DNA of 59,548 nucleotides, filler included, from Perkinsus olseni (lineage: Eukaryota), in the NCBI GenBank assembly GCA_013115125.1. It is 3 parts of 3 records of this genome, joined end to end, with 100 filler letters (N's around TTAATTAATTAA, not from the genome) between each part and the next. Parts side by side here need not be neighbours in the genome. Positions count along the whole stretch, not along the records: positions 1 to 19,811 come from JABANN010000592.1; positions 19,912 to 39,696 come from JABANN010000593.1; 1 more part is not named here. One strand, given 5' to 3'. Under the pieces are notes generated by a model. It ran no database searches. It was given only the letters and a program-made list of their open reading frames with translations, and had not been told where the DNA came from. Positions within the stretch are counted from its first letter, which is position 1; every line of letters begins with the position of its first letter. The position numbers and the translations under genes were made by a program. This document shows, one piece after another, positions 13,006 through 25,400 of this stretch.

Positions 13006-14459
13006 TAGTTCTCTGAAAGTCGTACGAGGCATGGTAATGAACATAACAGTAGCCTGGTAGTTATGAAAGGGCGTGGGAAAGATATGCCCGACGTCCCGAG
13101 CGTATAACACCATCACCTATAATTCAAGATCTATATCAGTACATATTGCGTATTTAACCTGTCCTGGATAGGGTATTTATATTCATCATCATTCATAGGG
13201 GCCCTTAGAGGTTGATATTAGATAGATTCACAACATACGGGTCCAGTATTATGAATAGTTGTCGCTAACTCTGTTGCGCTCATGACGAGCATCTCGCCTG
13301 TCCCTCCCATCGTAGCGAGGCTGCTGTTTTCATAGTTCTATCCGGAGTTGCAGTAGATTGTGTTCATGTCGGCTGCTGCTGCTGCCCCTCCACCTGCTGG
13401 TCATCATCACCACTGGCAGCACCCGTTGGAGACCGGGCCTCTAACAGTCTGTGGTAATACAGGGATTCGGGGCGATACGGGAAACCGGAGGGAAGAGGAT
13501 CTAGTCATTTCACGTAGGGCAAGCTCACCTCAATGAGCTAGCCATGCGTGATGTGAAAAATACGGTACTGATTATCCTACATCTTTCACCAACCTCGCCC
13601 CGCCCGCCCGTGGACAGCGTATCCGAATTGAGATGTGCATGACCACTCCACCAGTATTGCGTTGCACACTCTCGACGCTCCGCTTTCTGGTACCGATCTC
13701 AGAGGGCGCGCTTGCTCTCCTCATAAGGGCTGTGATAGGGGATAACTGATCTGCGTGGTTACACTACTTCGTCGACTCCTGATTAGTCACCTCTGAAATC
13801 ATCGAGAAGCAGTCATGTACTATCGAATGAACACTATTTGCCAATAGTGCCAACACTAACTATTATTATAATACTATTATTATCACCTACTATTTGCCAA
13901 TAATCTCACCGAAGCACGTCCTGGAGCGGTACTTCCATCAAAACTGATCGCATTCGAGGAGAGATGGTATCCTGAATGGTGTCATAAGATGCGCTTCACT
14001 TGAGACCTCTCTGGGAATCCGGGGTATCCCAACTTTCTCTAATCCCGTATACCCGGGAATGTGGACTCTCCTTCCCTTCTCCTCCTCCTTATCGCCCAGA
14101 ATGACCGAAAGGGCGCATGATTCTCCAATATCCGATGATGCCATGCTACCGGTGTTTGGGCTGAATGGCTCCCGAGTGTTGGCAAGATCCACCGCGTGTC
14201 ATGAGCTTCATTCCCGCGTATTTGATCTCACCTCCCTGCCCGGCGAAGCTTTGTTTCTCGACTGAAGAATAGTCTTCGATCGCGGGCCTGCTAGACGTTT
14301 CGGAAACGACAGCCTTTCGGTCCTCCTGTCCACCGACGGCCAATAGGGACCTTGTAGCTTTCCGGAGATACTCTCAATCGTCACAATTCATCATCTGCCT
14401 CTTCTCGTGTCGAATGATCGGGAATTTCGGCTCACCTTCTGTGCATGGATTAATCCAGA

Positions 14460-17400
14460 ATGCTGCGCGCAACCTTGGATACGATCGGCATTCCCGCAGG
14501 TTCTCGGCCGCCGTTATTGGAGCCCTTAGTGGCGGCAGTCTGTGATGCCGCGAACGAGGCTCTCGTAACAGATCAGGATCTGTCAGACCTAGAGGTCATC
14601 GCCTCCCACCAACGCAGTGCATACTATCAGCAGAATCTGTCTTCAGATTGAAGCTCGGCTCGGATTCTTAGCTCCCCATCGAGACTCGTACCATAGAGTG
14701 TTGTTGCCTATAACGTCAGAATGTATACTGCAAGAGCCTGACCATGGCAAGAACTGGCGGTGAGAGTGTCGATGAGTCTGGTAGTTGGGCGGATGTTTTT
14801 CGCTCGGGACAGATATGAGTTTCAAGCTTCGGTGATGCGAGAACAGTTCTTCGCGATACAGAAGCATTTGGAGAAGTTGGCGGCGGGGACTCCTGGACAA
14901 GTTCAGGGACATGTAGTGAGTTGGGTGTGGATGGTAGCTGGGTGGGGGCATCAGCGCCAAATCCGCGGCTTTGAACGTGCATTACGCATCAGCGTTGCTT
15001 TAGTAAAGAGGGAGAGAGTTCCCACTCGTCCCTTTGATAGGCGGCCTTGGAAGTATGTCGCTCATGGTACCTCTTGTAAGGCATGCAACCTAGTGGAACC
15101 GGGAGCGGTGTTATATTCGGACTCCTCCCACCCGGGTTCGTTCCCCGGCCTAAGCATCTCATTCTGTTAGGTTTTCCGAGTGAGAGATGTACGACGGCAA
15201 GTGACGACAACCGATGAGTTCTTCGAGTCCCCTAAGGACGGTCGGGTAAGTGAGCCGCCATCCCGTCGACGCCGCATCAATCAAACCAGATACGAGCAAG
15301 CTACGACAGCGACAGCTACAGTCTGGGAGATCGGACCCGACCGATCGAGATCATTCGGAAGGACCGTCTTAAGACGATCAACGTGTAATATCATACTGAG
15401 GGTATTGGACGTCGCTTTTTTCACTCATCTCCCGTTCTGCCGTTTCCCGCAGCACACCTATCACAACTCAGTTTATTGTCGCTCTTATTGCTCGCGGAAA
15501 GGGGTGCCCGAATTGCATAGGGTTCGCCATGCGTCTTCCAGTATCTGTGGAGCATTCTTGTTGTTGTAGAAGGTTGTTGTATCTTGTTGATACGTGGCCT
15601 GTGTAGGTTCAGCGGACATTACGACCCCACCTATTGTGATGAGGAGAAGTATCCTCTAGATTTGAGGATATCCGTGAACAGAGAGAACAAGTGTAGTTTT
15701 GGGGGCGGCATGGGAGATGAATGGGTGCTCGTAGTGAGCGGACAGTGGTGTTTCGCTTGCGAAATGGAAAACACGAAATCATGTATTTTCACTGGCTTTT
15801 TTCACATCACGGGGGGATCTTCAATTATGATAACTAAAGCGATCTCGTGATGACCTTCGGGGACCACGGTGGATCTTTCTTGAGAGCCGGTCGTGGGCTA
15901 GTGGGAGTATCGTAGCTAGCCAAAGCGTATAGACGGGATAATCCACTCTTGCATTCTCTGAAGTATCGAGGGGGAAAGCAGAGCCACCCAGCGTCACCTG
16001 GTAGCTAGGGAGGGATGCGGCAACGTGCTCCACCAATAGGGAGCAATGCTCTCTGCGTATGCACTAGCATCGGCAACGTGAGATTCACGAGGCAGTCGCT
16101 GAGCTCTGAGTTGGGAATATAATCGACCGAGGGCCAGTTCTTCACTCGGTCGTGTGGTCTTCAGTCTCATCAGTACCCTCTGATGTCTCCAAGTGCACTG
16201 GCAAACGTAACAAGACTCGCCACTCGTACATCTTCAAGGCCTGGCAGGTTGACCTTACCGAGGTTATAGCACAAGGGAAGCAGGGAGAATGGTAACATGC
16301 TCGGGTCGGAACGGGAATCGTCATAAGCTTGCCCTCTTAGTGCGTCGATGTCTAGTGAGATGTGAATGATGACTACCAATTAAAAATACCGCTTTACTGG
16401 GTATTACGGGACTAATCGGTATTATGGATTTTAAAATACCAGTATTGAAAATACCACTAATACCACTCTACTAAATGGGTATTTACTATCCATAATACTG
16501 CCAATACACATGATAGCTTTTGGTCATATCCGATGGCCCTCTAATCTGCATGAACTTTCTGACGGAATCTGCTGCATAATCGATAAGAATGATGATATCG
16601 TCATCGATGGTAGTCTCATGGATCATCTCTGCATTAACCTCGCCCCCTCAACTTTTGCTACTTTCCTGCATAAAGTGGCTTCCTCCGATTCGAGGCCCCG
16701 CACAACGCCACTGCTGTCTCGGATGGCGTTATTGGTGTGTTCGTGTACAGGTCGAGCTACGAGGTTGAGGTGGAGTTGAAGAAGGATCTCATCGCCGAGC
16801 AGTTGAAACGCCTAAGGCTGGGCAAGAACCATGCCGTGTATGAAATTCTCACTGGTAGCCTGACTGCCACACGAGACGTTGGTTGGAATTTCGTGGCGCG
16901 CGGTCATGCTGTAGATTTTATATACTGCGTGCGTGATTTGGCGTGGATGTTCGGCGATGCATATACAGCGAGTGGCGGTCAGCAACAGTGGAACAAGAGT
17001 GGCCAGCGGAAGAGGTGAGTGCGCTTGTGTATATTGCAATTACATACCAACTTTTTCCCAACTCTCAGGAACCGCGGTGACGTGAGCTCGAACGACATAG
17101 ATTTCACGATGTGGTTGGAGCCTGAGGAAGTAGTGAGGGTGCTCTATAGGCCTCTGTCGAATTCCAAAAGCCCTCCAAGGATTTTTGGCTCAACGTCTCA
17201 TGATGAGAGCCCTCCTCATGAAACTCAGGAGAGGCAGCAGGCTATCGAGCACCCGGATTACAGCTCAGGTCGTTCCGTCAGTAGCTTCACCGTCGTCAGG
17301 TACAGCAGCGGTACCTCAAGCGGGTCGCTCCAGTGTTCCCGATAATCGGCGATTACTGTTTTACCATTGCCGAGGAGATCCGCTCACCAAAGGCAGCGTC

Positions 17401-18382
17401 CGCCGAGGAGCCTCCATCGTCTCAGCCTCCCAGTAAGCCCCCACGCTGGTCCGCGGCGTGAAATGATCTCCCTGTTCAACCGGCAGGTGACAAGGAACAG
17501 CCGAAAACTGATGAACCCCCAGCGACAGTGGAAAAGGAAGAGAATGCTCCGGGTGAGTCGGTCTCGCCTCCCTAGTCCACCAGTTTGCTGTTGTAGGCGT
17601 GAGGGTGTCGCACGGTGGGCCACTCCCTGGTGATTGAGTGTAGGGTCTCGTGGCCCGGCTATTCGGGCTGGGTTTCATGTTGTGCTTTTCAGTAGTGCAT
17701 CCAGAGCCGGCCAAGGACGTTAACATGGTGGACGCGGATGAACCTTTAGCGATGCCGGATGACCTCGAAGGAGCGCTGACGATGGATGGAATTGAAGGAG
17801 AGGAAGCAGCAGCGGTGGAAGAGACGCACCATCCGAGTAGGGAATGATACGTGTGATCGGCCGAGCAGCATTGAGCTTGTCTAGGCCCCCTTGGCAGGAC
17901 GCCTGAGCACTCACCGTTCTCCGCAGCACCAGCAGCAACAGCAACAGTTGGCAATGCCAGTACTGTGACAGAGGTTGAGGGTGATGGAGGTGGGGGATGG
18001 ACGAATCTCACACACGGTGGAGTGCTCTGTAGCGCCAGCTGTTGTCATCTCAGCTCCCGTGCAGCCCAACGGTCTCACTGATACCCCGCCTAAGGCCCCG
18101 CTCCCCGTGCCTAGACCTGAGCAGAAGCCTGATGGTGCACAGGAGAATGAGGGTAAAAAATGCAGTGACGGCGGATTGAACCCCGGACCTCATGTTGCTT
18201 CTTCAGATGGTGGATCCTCATCCTCCAGCTCGCGCGGCTCGGACAGCGACTCGGACTCTGATGAATCAGGGTCGGACTCTGGCAGCGAATCATCCTCGAG
18301 CGGCTCGGACTCCGACAGCAGCAGCGGCAGTAGCAGCAGCGATGGCGAGAGTGTTGCCGGAGGGAACGAGGCTGCTACGTGA
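14460..18382 (+). pseudogene. Disrupted multi-exon hypothetical gene(s) with a low-complexity Ser/Asp tail
   Basis: Coding-like pieces with GT-AG introns (e.g. ~17015-17068) but in-frame stops and frame changes. Cys pairs CKAC and WCFAC are present. Ends in SDSDSDS.. at 18382. May be more than one locus. Confidence 0.4.
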
Positions 18383-18606
18383 TGACGATCTTGCAGTATC
18401 ATTGCCTCTTCCACCACTGACCTTGCTTGTATCATAATGGTATCTTGAGGTTCATTCCAGTCTTGTGTAGCTGTCACCCTTGAGTGGACTACGAGGGATC
18501 GAGATATCCACATAGCGATTGGTCGTCTCCGAAGGACATTCACGTCGATGCGCGGGCGAGCAAAATTGCCATGCACCGCAAGAAGGCCTCTTCAGTAGTG
18601 GTTCTC

Positions 18607-19545
18607 ATGAGGTCCTTTCTAGTAATCGGCCACCTGTTCCTAGTAGCGTCATCATCAGCTCGGCAGGGGTATTCTCCTGTGTACATCATACGCCACGGCG
18701 AAAAGCCGGCTGTGAATGATATTCGACAGTCACTCGAGCTCTCACTCAGGTGTGACTCGCCGTATCTTGTCTGACTGTTGTCGACTTGGGTATTACATTG
18801 TGAGGTAGAGAGCGAGAAATGCGTCGCCAAGATGTAGATTCAGACTCATTGTTCTTGTCTAGGGGCGAGATCAGGGCTGCTGCCCTGTCTGGGGCATTCT
18901 TCCCGCAGTACAACCCGTCCAAGTACCGTCATATAGGTAGGTAGGCGTCGTCTTTATCGTGCTCGACAAATCGCGGGTTCTAGGGAGATAGTGTTGATAC
19001 GATGGGAGTCTTGGCTGGGCTGCAGTGATGATGACTTCGCAGACCAATCCTAAAGAGTCCCGTTTTTCCTTGCTAGGGGTCGACTAGGGGACTGCCTTCT
19101 CAGACGTCGTAGTCACTCAGCAGCCCTCTGAGGATTTCCCCATCAAACGTGAGCTACACACAGCACAGGCTATCATCAGCCACACCTCCGCTCCGCTGAG
19201 ACAGTTCAAGTTCGGCCCTCGACTCTTGCCCTCTCTCCTCACCCGTGGCACAGGCACGCTGAGGAAGCCTCCCTTGTCGAGTACCTCCGGGGTCGTGTCC
19301 TAGCTGGCGATATCTCTCTATTAGTGTGGGAACATTATCGAATACCAGCGGTGGCCCTCGCTCTCATCTCTCGATTCAACCGTTCGTATGAAGATGCTCG
19401 GCCTCCAGTGTGGGCTGATGATCGCTATGATATCCTCTGGCAGCTCAACCTCGATGGTGGTACAATCCAGCAGCACTGCATGGTACGCCTGCCGCCCTCC
19501 TTCCAACAGTATACCACTCTCAGGAGCTTCTCTACGGTGATCTAG
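18607..19545 (+). CDS. Secreted histidine-phosphatase superfamily protein, 4 exons
   Basis: Signal peptide, YIIRHGEK, LSLRGEIRA, KRELHT, LLVWEHYRIP, WADDRYDILW. Exons start at 18607, 18863, 19104 and ~19254 and splice in frame. Confidence 0.85.
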
Positions 19546-19811
19546 AGTGCTCGCCCTTCACGATATTCCCGCCAAGCGAGTACTTCCGACGTGCCGAGCT
19601 GCCAGAATCGTTGCTTTCATGACTCAGCAATCTCTTAGAACTGTTAGCTTGTGTTGTCTACATTCTAGGTGTGAGCTTGGTCTTCCTTCATTCCATAGGA
19701 TACTATTCGTTCACGATGTATCGGCTTTCTTCAAGATCTGCCCTACTACGCGCTGCTTGTCTCTCCTGTACTTTGCTATTTTTCCTTCTTTGGCACTACG
19801 CCGAGAGCCCG

Positions 19812-19911
19812 NNNNNNNNNNNNNNNNNNNNNNNNNNNNNNNNNNNNNNNNNNNNTTAATTAATTAANNNNNNNNNNNNNNNNNNNNNNNNNNNNNNNNN
19901 NNNNNNNNNNN
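19812..19911. other. Artificial contig spacer N44-TTAATTAATTAA-N44
   Basis: Six-frame-stop linker inside an N run. Confidence 0.98.
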
Positions 19912-20484
19912 CAACTACTCAAGCATATCTTATCGTTACTGAGCAGATGAATTAAAGGGCGAGCGATGATCAAAACTGCTCACAGCGCCCTGCAGAGCGG
20001 AGCGAAGCTATCGGTATAATTTTGAATCGAAATTCTTCATTGCACCTTGACTTCCGTCTGCTATACTGCATGGTTAATGGCCCATGTGCTACCACTTTTC
20101 GCCGCGTTTCTTTCCATGTCGATCTGGCGGGTTATTGCCGGCTGTTTGGAGCTCCATTAAGTAGAAGTAGAGGGTTGAGAAACATCTTGGACTCGTGAGT
20201 GATGGGAGGCTCCGTTCTTCACACGATTTGCCAGGGCGGTTTTCGATTATATTTCGTTAATGAAGGAGCCCAGTCGCTGCAACTGGTAGCGAAGCGCATG
20301 GCCGTTATCTTTTCCCTTCTAGCTCTATTGAGCTCTAGATACACAAAGATTCTCTTACCCTGAATACAGCATGCCTCGATTGTGTGGAACTCAACATGCT
20401 CCAATTCAATGCTACCTCAACATGCTGAATGTGCTTTATGCGTGACCGTCAATACCTGGTTTTTCCTTGTCAGTTTTCCTATCA

Positions 20485-22037
20485 ATGCTTGCCACCTGCA
20501 CCTCGTCGTTCATTACTCGTTACTTCGCTACAGCCGCTCCCAAGGCCGCTGCAAGTGCCCTTCCCTTCGCCAACCTCGCCAAGGCTCAGGCAGCTCTTAC
20601 CAAACACGAGGATAAACTGAAGAAGGCTCAACACGACCTCCTGTTGAAGTATGCGTCGCTGGAAAACAACAGGAGGGAGAGGGAACAGAATGTTAAAGAC
20701 GCGGAGAAAAAGTAATAACTTCAGGCCGGATGATTGCCGCCGTTGGAAGTCAGCGGCTGACAATGGCCGTCAATAGGGTTAGCACTTAAGCGCTGTAATG
20801 ATCGACTATAGTAATGTTGCAGTATGAATCACCCTAGTTCATCGAGGATGTCCGAGTAAACGTAGGGAAACAGGTCTTGTATCACCCACACTGTCCTCAA
20901 CCAGCCCTGCGTCAAAGAATATTTCAGCCTCTTTCTTACAAGGTTAACGTCTTCGGTAGCTTGAGTGTTATGCGGTTCTTTTCTGTATAGTAGAACTGAA
21001 TTGAAGCGTCGCTGTCATGTACCGAGGAGCCTGAGCTCCGCTGTATTCTTCAATTCTTTCCAGAGTATTTCTGTTTTTCCGTGGATTCTGGTTATCAGAA
21101 TTGTATGGTGCAATGATGTTGTGTCCAATATTGTCGTTCTTCTCCATTCATTTATCACGCGGACGGCTGGCATGATGAGCCCGACGCTGCCTTCCGCAAT
21201 TTCACTTCAAGCGGATGGCTCGTCTCAACCAATCAAGGGTGTACTTCTCGTCATTCCGGAAGCATTCGCTGCTAATAAAAGTGAACACTGACAAAGCAAA
21301 GGTCATCCCTTTGCTCCGTCAAAGGAATACTTGAATACTGTGATTCTCGTCATGCCATAGCTTCCGTGCAAAGTTCGCTGCCCTTTTATTCGGTTGTCGC
21401 TAGCTCCTCGGGCTTCTCGAATTCTACAGGCGAAAAAACGCCTCGTGCTGAGATACTTTTCAAAACGTTACTGATTGTTACGTGCCGCTACGATGCTCAT
21501 GAAATGACGATACCTGCCGCCTGCCGATGCTGAAGAATTGTCGTACCCGACGTGGATGTACGGTTTTCCTTCCTACCATTTCTAACGCATCGTGTGTTTT
21601 ATGACTAGATGTTGATCGTGATTTGTTCTCTGGGATTCGTGATTTTTCGTCGAAATTCTTTCCTCAGGCATGTGAAGGTTTTCGCGGCCAGCATAGTGGA
21701 TGTCGCCACCAAGATGAACGAAGCGGGCGATTTGGCAGACCAGCTGGCGAGCAAAGAGGAGGCTTCGGAGAAATTGAAAAGTGTCGCTGAGGGCGTTTCG
21801 ATCGCCAGAGACTTCCTAGTGAGAAGTGTGATGTTGCAAAAGTACCAGATCGAGCCGTTTACTGTGGAGAAAGGAGAAAAATACGATGTCGCGCGCCACG
21901 AAATTGCCCTTGAGAGTGCGGTGAAGCAAGTTAAGAAGGGCGAGGATGCGTTCGTTGATGGGGTCTCGAAGGAGGGATGGAAAATGGGCGAGGACGTGCT
22001 GAGGAAGGCCCGGGTGAATCTGACGCAAAAGCAGTGA
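20485..22037 (+). CDS. grpE: GrpE-like nucleotide exchange factor, probably mitochondrial; 2 exons, intron 20712-21667
   Basis: Presequence-like N-terminus, LLKYASLENNRRE coiled coil, GEKYDVARHE and EGWKMGEDVLRKARV, matching GrpE motifs GxxFDPxxHE and GYxxxxRVLRxAxV. Confidence 0.85.
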
Positions 22038-22429
22038 GAAAGTAGGGAGTTGTGGTCGGTTGCGTTTCGGTACTTTTATTAAACATTGGACAGGAGGATG
22101 TTGTGTTGGTCATTTCCGCTGTGGATGGGTCATACCAAATTTTCCCGAACTCGTCTTCCTTCAGTTAGATGTGTTTCACATCCAGTAGCATCGCTGTGAG
22201 CTGTGATGGAAAGTCACTTGTTTTGCGATGGCGAATCCATCGATTTTTTTTCAACGAGGACATAATTATTGTATCGTCCCATGCAGCATTGTTGCCATGA
22301 TAGTAGAGGGGAAAGCGGCGCTTGTCTCGAGGATCTTTGCGGATGGAAGATATCTTTGAGGTCACTTGATATGATATGTCTCGGGTAACGTCTTCAACCT
22401 CGACCTCTCATCGTCCAGGAGTGCCGGCC

Positions 22430-25400
22430 ATGCAGCAGGGTGGTGCCATGCCCGCTACGTCTAAGCGGAACTACAAGAAGGCCTTGGAGTTGGCCAAGAA
22501 TGCAGCACCGTTGTTGAAGGGGTAGTAGGGTGGTGCGCAGATGGCAAAAATGATGTTCCCGATATTTTTCTCGGGAGTTTTTCACTAAAATTTGTGTGGG
22601 CGATGACGGAATTTGGAAACCGGGAAAGGCAAGTTCAGGTTGAATTGTTGCTAATTGTTAATACCAAGGGTGTGGGTAGATTTCGTTGATTGTTCGTAAG
22701 CAGCGTAGATGTCGTTAGCTGTGAGTGTGGCTTCAATCAGCGGCATACTGTTTTTGATCCCTTTACGAATTCCCGTTGTGAAGTGGTTAGGATGGTATCG
22801 ACCGCCGTTTTCATGGGAGATTTTTCCCCGCCTCAAGACTATCAGTTTTGGGGTTGCACGTTAGTTAAAGCAACACATCGTCACATTGCATGGTCTCGAT
22901 CACAATTTTTCCATCAGATCTTCGACCTCGTCAGCCGACCGTGAGCAGGGCATCGCGTTGCTCACTGAAGCCATCACGCTTGCTCCGGATAAAGCAGCGT
23001 TCTATTCACTCCGAGGGAAGGCCTTTGCCCACGCTGGGATGTTCCAACGGTGAGTCGCGATCGTTATTTGGGACGCGACCATTGGGGCGCACTTGTTATG
23101 AGAATAAACGCCAGCAAATTGCTGGCAGCAATAAGTAGAATCGTTCTAAATTTCTGTCACCGCGCCGCGATATTGTCTTGTTTTTTCAGGGCGCTATTCG
23201 ACTACTCCATGACGATCCGATTGGAGCCAACTGCTGCGAAGCACTACGGATGCCGGGCTGAATGCTTTAAAAAGTAGAGGGCATTTTGAATGAAAAATAG
23301 AGGAAAAAAAGGATGGAGAGAAACCAGTTTATCTGTCTGTAGCTTTCAAAAATGGGAAAAAAGTCCTAGCGGTTTTCTTCGACAGTTGGGCTCTTTAACT
23401 TTTCTAGCATGTAAACGGTAAAAAATACGGTTTTGTGGGAAGAAGGATTCCCATGCGCGTATGATCTTTCTGTTCCTGGCGATGAGAGAAACCAGTAACA
23501 GGCCAGCGTTTCGTCTCCACTCAGACTTGGCAGAGTTGCTGATTGCTTGAAAGATCATACTGAGGCGGTACGGCACGAGAAAGGGGGTGGACGATATATA
23601 TTTGAGAGGGCTATGGTACTATGGGGGAACAGGAGTTGCATTTGGTGTGGTATGATATAGTATCTGACCACATATCTAGATATAATATCTTCGAAAGCGC
23701 TGTCCGACCATAGCCGGAGACCAAGCGCGACCAGCTGCCAATATAATTCCAATAATTGGAATTTGACATTTCATGAATCTAATGAATTGTATTAACCGAA
23801 ATTCACAACAGGTTCTATCGTTGAATACTGTGCTAGGTCGATGCAAGCATTTTCCAACGATTGTCTTACAATCGATCACGCGATCGATTTGCTCGCCTTG
23901 TAGGGTCAAAGAAGAATTCGGCTATGTTGACTGTTCCTGTTGATGTACGCACATGTTTTCCACGTTTGCAGATATATTTTGAAGTTGGCGATTATTCGGC
24001 TGCAGCCCAGGACATCACTACGGCGCTATCGAAAGAGTGCGCTAACCCCTTCAGGGCGTATTTATGTAGGGGTATATGCCATCGCCATAACAAGGTGAGG
24101 AGATCTTGGCCACTCCGCCGATCTTGAATTTCTTCAAAATTCGAGTCGCGCCCTCTCGCACATCCGTGTGCGTGCCACGCAGAGGTTGCCTGTGCTGAGC
24201 ATATTGACCAACTAAAGGCGTTCTATATGCGCTCACCAGCGGGTGTCTACCAAAACTTCATGAGGAGAGACATCATCACTTGGTTCTGAGCGGGGGGAAG
24301 CCGTCAACGACTCCATCCAGGCCCAGGTCTGGAACTTTGCGTAGCTCGTGTTTGAGTGCATGGAGGGAGGACTGAACCGTCCGTAGGAGGCTCAGAGACG
24401 CCGGTGGGCATCTTCTCCGTGTTCCCTCCGCAGCGTTCTCGCACACTGCGTACGGCGAGTGCAGCATCTCATAAGGGATGAAGCGAATGCGCTGCATATT
24501 GGTGACCTCTACGACCCTCGTGTCACCGACTGAACGCCTTCTCACCCGGCACAGACCGATCAGAGACAGCCGATGCAGCTCCTACTAATATCCTCCTGGC
24601 GGAGGAGTCCCTGGATGCCAGTGAGATTACAGGCTGTAACTCACAGCCATAGTTGAAAAGCTCGGATGGGCCCTACGAGCCTTGGCTTCATGCTCAAAGT
24701 ACAGGAACGACGACTCAATCCGGTGGAGGAGAGGGGGTCTGACTATATCACGATTCGCAGTTGACTAGTCCTGTCCACGGCTGAGAAAAATGTGCAGCGA
24801 AGCCTATTTTGCTATGTCCCGGAGATTTATGTTGGGGAAAAGCTCATCAGCGGTTGATCGGGACCTGGAGAGTAGCGGGGACTCATGGTTGGGATATAAG
24901 CACTTCCCGATATAGTTGCGTACCAGTACTCGTCTTTTAAGTAATGTCGTCTCCCTGGGAGCACTCCCCTGTACTCCCTCGGTCCTGATCGTTAAATGTG
25001 AAGGTTGACTACAGAAAGGGGTGCCAGGAGAAGACAGACTGGAACACACGTGGCAGCACCGAGTTCCTGGATGACGTGTTTGGCATCAATGTCTTTAGCG
25101 GCATCCATCAGTTCTACGGCTCAGTCCGCATCAGGAACCGCTGATAGTATCGGACACGAACTATCGCTCATCGACCCTGTCAACCAGCTGCAATCATTGC
25201 CGCGATAGAGAATTGCGATTACTGTTCCGTCCCCGGCTTTTTTGACTTAACTCTTCAAGTGTATTTGAAATCAGTCTCACTTGAAATATGGGAACTGAAT
25301 TCTGAAAATTGACAGGTTTGTGTAATACTAACATGATCAACACAAAGCTTATTGTTAATGGCATTTTGCACGAAGCTCTCAATTTGATAGCAAGGTGATG

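Noticed and set aside
19131-19150. Apparent frameshift in the secreted phosphatase
   Set aside because: A recount gives TTC CCC ATC AAA CGT, so the frame is intact.
19812-19911. TTAATTAATTAA inside N runs (also 39697-39796) as a biological motif
   Set aside because: Assembly linker with stops in all frames; contig lengths fall steadily, as in size-sorted concatenation.
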